Shown: piece after piece, positions 59,893-64,000 of the stretch | Layout of the letters: each line of letters begins with the position of its first letter | How positions within the stretch are numbered: position 1 is the first letter of the stretch | NCBI GenBank assembly: GCA_963706575.1 | Contig: CAVPNL010000004.1 | Location: 384,001-448,000, forward strand | Origin: an uncultured delta proteobacterium | GTDB taxonomy: Bacteria; Desulfobacterota; Desulfobacteria; Desulfobacterales; JAHEIW01 | Reading direction: 5' to 3' | DNA: 64,000 nucleotides | Position numbers and translations under genes: made by a program | The notes under the pieces: model-generated | Seen by the model: only the letters and a program-made list of their open reading frames with translations | Told to the model about the DNA's origin: nothing | The model's database searches: none

Positions 59893-60846
59893 ATGTATTT
59901 TGAGGTTTCAGGAGTTACGGTTTCCCCTTTGATCCCGTTTCTGGTGGCATTTTGTGTCTCGATGTTGGTTGCCTCCGCCGGCGTATCCGGCGCCTTCCTT
60001 TTATTGCCTTTTCAGGTCAGCGTTCTGGGTTTCACCAGCCCTGCAGTCTCTCCCACGAATCTGTTCTTCAATATCGTTGCCATCCCCAGCGGTGTCTATC
60101 GCTACATGCGCGAAAAACGAATGGCCTGGCCGTTGGCCTTGGTGATTATTATCGGAACCCTGCCGGGCATTTTTATTGGTGCCCTTATCCGAATTCTTTA
60201 TTTGCCGGATCCAAAAAATTTCAAATTTTTTGCAGGGTGCGTGCTGCTTTACATCGGCCTGAGGCTGGTTCACTCCATGATCAAAAAAAATGACCTGACA
60301 ATTGAAAAAGCCAAAGCCGTAGAAGAACGATTTTATAACGAAAAGAACAAAAAAGTGATTACCGCCGGAACCGATGCAAGGCCGATACCGGCAGTCAGAA
60401 CCGTGAAGTTTTCATTCAAGCGCTACAGCTATAGTTTCTATGGAGAAGTCTTTACATTCAATACGATCGGACTGCTTTTGCTGTCATTTATTGTGGGAAT
60501 CATCGGCGGAACTTACGGTATTGGTGGGGGAGCCATTATCGCGCCGTTTCTGGTTGCCTTTTTTGGTTTGCCTGTATACACCATCGCCGGTGCCACCTTG
60601 ATGGCCACATTTGTCACCTCAATTGCCGGGGTCGTTTTTTATGCCGGGATCGCGCCATTATTTGCCTATACCGGTCTTTCGATTGCCCCGGACTGGACAT
60701 TGGGGGCCTTGTTCGGCGCCGGCGGCTTTCTGGGCCTATATTGCGGCGCCCGGCTGCAAAAGTACCTGCCCGCCAAGATCATAAAGATAATCCTTATTCT
60801 TACGATGACCTTCATCGCCATCCGATATATTGCCAATATATTTTAA
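59893..60846 (+). CDS. TauE/SafE-family sulfite exporter-like membrane protein
   Basis: GVSGAFLLLP, SPTN, GGTYGIGGGAIIAPFL, PDW. Confidence 0.85.
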   Translation: MYFEVSGVTVSPLIPFLVAFCVSMLVASAGVSGAFLLLPFQVSVLGFTSPAVSPTNLFFNIVAIPSGVYRYMREKRMAWPLALVIIIGTLPGIFIGALIRILYLPDPKNFKFFAGCVLLYIGLRLVHSMIKKNDLTIEKAKAVEERFYNEKNKKVITAGTDARPIPAVRTVKFSFKRYSYSFYGEVFTFNTIGLLLLSFIVGIIGGTYGIGGGAIIAPFLVAFFGLPVYTIAGATLMATFVTSIAGVVFYAGIAPLFAYTGLSIAPDWTLGALFGAGGFLGLYCGARLQKYLPAKIIKIILILTMTFIAIRYIANIF

Positions 60847-61067
60847 AATACATTGGGAGCGCCCTACCGGACTTTATGAGCATCCCTTTGGGGCTCGAAG
60901 AGCGGTCCTTCAGACCTTGAGGATAGCAGCACGATATTGTATTCTCCTTTCAACCTCAAGCGAAGCGCTCATCAAACGAAGCGCAGGGACTGCGCCGAGT
61001 GCTCTTCTAGTTACGCGAACGCGAAACGATCAAAGGGATGACAGGAGACTAAAATTTTGAAATCACT

Positions 61068-62087
61068 TTAGAGCCATTTAACTGAATTTGGGGAGTAACG
61101 AAGTGTTACTTTTTGGCCGGGATAGAGGTTTTCCTGCTGGATCTGTTGTTGCGGCAATTTTGAAGTAAACGGCAGGTTGCCAATCAGAATGGTCACCACA
61201 ATTTCGGCGTTGGTTTTCTCCAGTGCCAGGCGCGAAACCATACCTTGCAAAATGTTTGCGTCAGCATCGGCTGAGTTCGTATCGGATGCACCGGCGATGG
61301 AAGTGGGTTCGACAATGGCCACCGCATCAGGTTCCGGTGGTTCAGATACACGGATGTGCTGGCCGTCCGGTAATTTTTTTTCCCAAAGATCGTCTTTATA
61401 AGGGCGCCAGGGGCCGAAAAGGATATTTTCTTTAGCGCTTCCAAATAAGCGACCTTTAAATAGATGCAGAACCTGGTCACATACATCATAAAGCCAGCCG
61501 CGGTCATGGCTGGCAATAATTAAGGTGGTGTTCCATTCCCGGCGCGCCATTAAAGCGGCTTCTTTGATCTGCTGGGCGCTGGCGGCGTCCACATTGGCGG
61601 TGGGTTCGTCCAACAGCAAAATTTCCGGCTTCAATACCAATCGGGCCGCCAGCGCCACCCGCTGGGTTTCTCCCCCTGAAAGCTGATGGGCGGGCGCATG
61701 AACAAAATCTCCCATGCCCACCATATCAAGACCTTTAAAAATTCGGCGCTTTCGTTCTTCTTTTTCAATGCCTCTGATTTTCAGGCCGAATTCCAGGTTT
61801 TTAAATACGGTCGTTGTAAAAAGAAGCGGCAGTTGATCAACCAGAACCACTTCTTTTCGCACACGCTGAAGATAAGTCTCAGAATACTGCACCGGTTTGG
61901 ATTTATAAAGAACACTTCCCGAATTCGGATACTCCAAAAGTGCCAGAATATTCAAAAGGGTGGTCTTGCCGGCACCGTTGGGTCCCTGAAGTCCGTATAT
62001 TGCGCCTTTTTTAAAACCTAATTCGGGAATATCCAGTATCGTCCGGTCACCGTATCTTTTGGTGAGATCTGAAATATTAAATATCAT
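61068..62087 (-). CDS. tupC: Tungstate ABC transporter ATPase
   Basis: GPNGAGKT, LSGGETQR, LDEPTANVD; operonic with tupAB. Confidence 0.8.
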   Translation of the reverse strand: MIFNISDLTKRYGDRTILDIPELGFKKGAIYGLQGPNGAGKTTLLNILALLEYPNSGSVLYKSKPVQYSETYLQRVRKEVVLVDQLPLLFTTTVFKNLEFGLKIRGIEKEERKRRIFKGLDMVGMGDFVHAPAHQLSGGETQRVALAARLVLKPEILLLDEPTANVDAASAQQIKEAALMARREWNTTLIIASHDRGWLYDVCDQVLHLFKGRLFGSAKENILFGPWRPYKDDLWEKKLPDGQHIRVSEPPEPDAVAIVEPTSIAGASDTNSADADANILQGMVSRLALEKTNAEIVVTILIGNLPFTSKLPQQQIQQENLYPGQKVTLRYSPNSVKWL

Positions 62088-62782
62088 CAGGACCGGACCC
62101 TTCCCTGAAACAAATGAAACAAGAGGTTCATCCCGAAGCTCAGACCTAAAAGCACGATGCCCAGGGCTACTGCCAGAGTAAAGGCCCCTTTGTCATATTC
62201 CAGGGCCATAGCGGTTGTCATCGTGCGAGTAAAGCCCCGGATGTTTCCACCCAGCATCATACTGATACCCACTTCGGAAATTACGCGACCGTAAGCGGCA
62301 ATCACAGCAGCCACAATGCCATAACGTGCTTCCCTGAATATCACAAAGGCGGTCTGCAGGCGATTGGCACCCAGGGTCATGGCTGTTTTGCGATAGCGCT
62401 GGTCAATCCTGCTGATGGCTGCAATGGTAAAAGCAGCAACCACCGGTATGATGAGTAACGTCTGGCCGATAATAATTGCCTTTTGCGTATACAGCAGATC
62501 GAAAAAGCCCAGTACGCCACGGCGGGAAATAAAGGCATAAACAAAAAGCCCAATCACCACGGTTGGAACCGCCAGCAGGGTATTCAGGCAGGTAATCACA
62601 AAGCGCTTTCCCTGAAATGATTCGAATGCCACCAGGAATCCGATCGGAATCCCCAGAAGACTTGCAAAGAAAGTTGAATAGCAGCTGACCTTTAAAGAGA
62701 CGGCAACAATGTCAACCATCTCCCTGTCCAGGGAAATGACCAAAGCGATGGCAGAAATAAAGCTGTCAATCAGAAGGTCCAT
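62087..62782 (-). CDS. tupB: Tungstate ABC transporter permease
   Basis: PTVVIGL, SRRG, GRVISEVG, GGNIRGFTRTMTTA. Confidence 0.88.
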   Translation of the reverse strand: MDLLIDSFISAIALVISLDREMVDIVAVSLKVSCYSTFFASLLGIPIGFLVAFESFQGKRFVITCLNTLLAVPTVVIGLFVYAFISRRGVLGFFDLLYTQKAIIIGQTLLIIPVVAAFTIAAISRIDQRYRKTAMTLGANRLQTAFVIFREARYGIVAAVIAAYGRVISEVGISMMLGGNIRGFTRTMTTAMALEYDKGAFTLAVALGIVLLGLSFGMNLLFHLFQGRVRS

Positions 62783-62877
62783 GGTGTTTCCACGATGCGC
62801 TAAAATGCGCTACGCTGCCACAATTGAGGATCTGCCGCGGCGGATCGTTCTTAAATTTAGTAACAGGCAGGGCTTTT

Positions 62878-63010
62878 AGGAGCGCTTCGCTATAGGTTTG
62901 AGGTAAAAACTTGAATTTGGCAATGATCAAAATTGAGTTTCATCAACCTCCAGCCTCAAGCCTCTAACCTCCAACTTATTAACCGGTTAAACTGGCTCAA
63001 CGGGCTCAAC
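62878..63010. repeat. Heptamer hairpin (inverted relative of 2018-2138) plus nonamer repeats abutting the tupA stop
   Basis: agcgcttcgc..ggtttgagg..aacctccagcctcaagcctctaacctccaac..aactggctcaacgggctcaac. Confidence 0.7.
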
Positions 63011-63907
63011 CTACTTGACCGCATCCGGATAAAACAGTTGTTTTCCCAAAAGCCGGTAATTATCGATCACCGCTTGCCCTTTTCCAGAAACCAGCCATTG
63101 GGCAAAGGTCTTGGATAAATCATATTTGACATGCGGGTGTTTTTTCGGATTGATCGGGATCACCCCGTAAGGATTGGCAAGGGCCGGATCGCCCTCGCAC
63201 AGAACGACCAGGTCAATGGGCACGTCCCGACCGAATTTATATTTGATGTAGGTGCCTCTGTCCGCCAGGATATAGGCCTGTTTTTCATCGGCAAAGGTCA
63301 GTGCCTTGCCCATTCCCTGCCCGATGGAAAGGTACCATTGGCCCAATCCCTGAGGATTGATAAAGCTGATTTCAACTTTCTTGCCCTTTTTCACGATGGT
63401 TTGCACATTTTTTTCCAGCGGCAGGCCGGTGGATTCCCACAGCGCCTGCTCTTTGGTATGGGTGCCACTGTCATCCCCGCGAGAAACGAATGCTGCCTTT
63501 GCAGCTGCAATTTTTTTAAGGGCTTCGGCGGCGTTGGTGATTCCCTTTATTGCGGCCGGGTCTTTTTGGGGGCCTAAAACGACAAAATCATTATGCATGA
63601 CCGCATAGCGCTGGGTTCCATAACCTTCCTGGACAAACTTCTCTTCGCGGGCTTTGGCATGCACAAATATGACATCCACATTGCCGTCCATACCGTCCCT
63701 AATGGCCGCTCCGGTGCCTTTGGCAATGACTTTCACCTTAACCCCGGTATCTTTTTCCAGCTCCGGCAACAACACATCCAACAATCCGGATGCCTGGGTG
63801 CTGGTCGTTGTGGACATCTTGATAATTTTTTCCCCCGCACTTGCCAACCCAGCAAAAAATACAGACGTCATAATTATTAATAAAATCAGAATGCTATTCC
63901 ATCTCAT
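63011..63907 (-). CDS. tupA: Tungstate ABC transporter substrate-binding protein
   Basis: TTTS motif, GTGAA, VHA, MHNDF, SRGDDSGTH, DRGTY; signal peptide from ATG 63907. Confidence 0.92.
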   Translation of the reverse strand: MRWNSILILLIIMTSVFFAGLASAGEKIIKMSTTTSTQASGLLDVLLPELEKDTGVKVKVIAKGTGAAIRDGMDGNVDVIFVHAKAREEKFVQEGYGTQRYAVMHNDFVVLGPQKDPAAIKGITNAAEALKKIAAAKAAFVSRGDDSGTHTKEQALWESTGLPLEKNVQTIVKKGKKVEISFINPQGLGQWYLSIGQGMGKALTFADEKQAYILADRGTYIKYKFGRDVPIDLVVLCEGDPALANPYGVIPINPKKHPHVKYDLSKTFAQWLVSGKGQAVIDNYRLLGKQLFYPDAVK

Positions 63908-64000
63908 CGTGGTGTCTCCCTTCAGCGTTTGCCTAAAATTTTCATGTCCTCTACACCTGATCAACACTCTATGCGCTATGCCTCTTTGCTACCCGGATAA

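Noticed and set aside
1..64000. tRNA/rRNA genes, Sec/Pyl read-through, prophage or defence genes
   Set aside because: No cloverleaf or rRNA-like tract seen, all recognised proteins appear full length at their stops, and no integrase, phage or nuclease motifs were found. This was a by-eye check only.

Overview
This 64 kb window is chromosomal DNA from an anaerobic bacterium. The gene set (SulP/DASS/CBS cluster, TupABC, hexapeptide protein) suggests a Desulfobacterales-like sulfate reducer; that assignment is inference. I found no rRNA, tRNA, CRISPR array, prophage or transposase gene. Contents, left to right: (1) a partial HAD hydrolase, a DHH phosphoesterase and an orphan mevalonate kinase; (2) a PotABCD-type ABC transporter and two HAD hydrolases; (3) an FMN-domain glutamate-synthase-like gene followed by a GdhA homologue whose catalytic Lys and Asp are both substituted; (4) a ~22 kb catabolic region with GntR, an atypical transaldolase, two alanine dehydrogenases, a HisC-like aminotransferase, a GcvT-family flavin dehydrogenase, two choline/ethanolamine-type kinases, a split Liv ABC transporter, an SLC13 permease and an Arg-less TRAP transporter, together suggesting an undescribed kinase/transaminase/aldolase route for (N-methylated) amino alcohols; (5) csp, an acyltransferase and citrate synthase; (6) a SulP/DASS-associated phosphorelay with a pseudo-kinase and only output-less receivers; (7) a 2-AEP/Fe-type ABC transporter, Map, TauE and TupABC. 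Intergenic DNA is dense with small non-autonomous elements: a 194-bp MITE in two copies, REP doublets, dRS3-like palindromes and nested 7-9-nt tandem-repeat hairpins that often abut stop codons. All functional calls come from motif recognition by eye, not from database searches.
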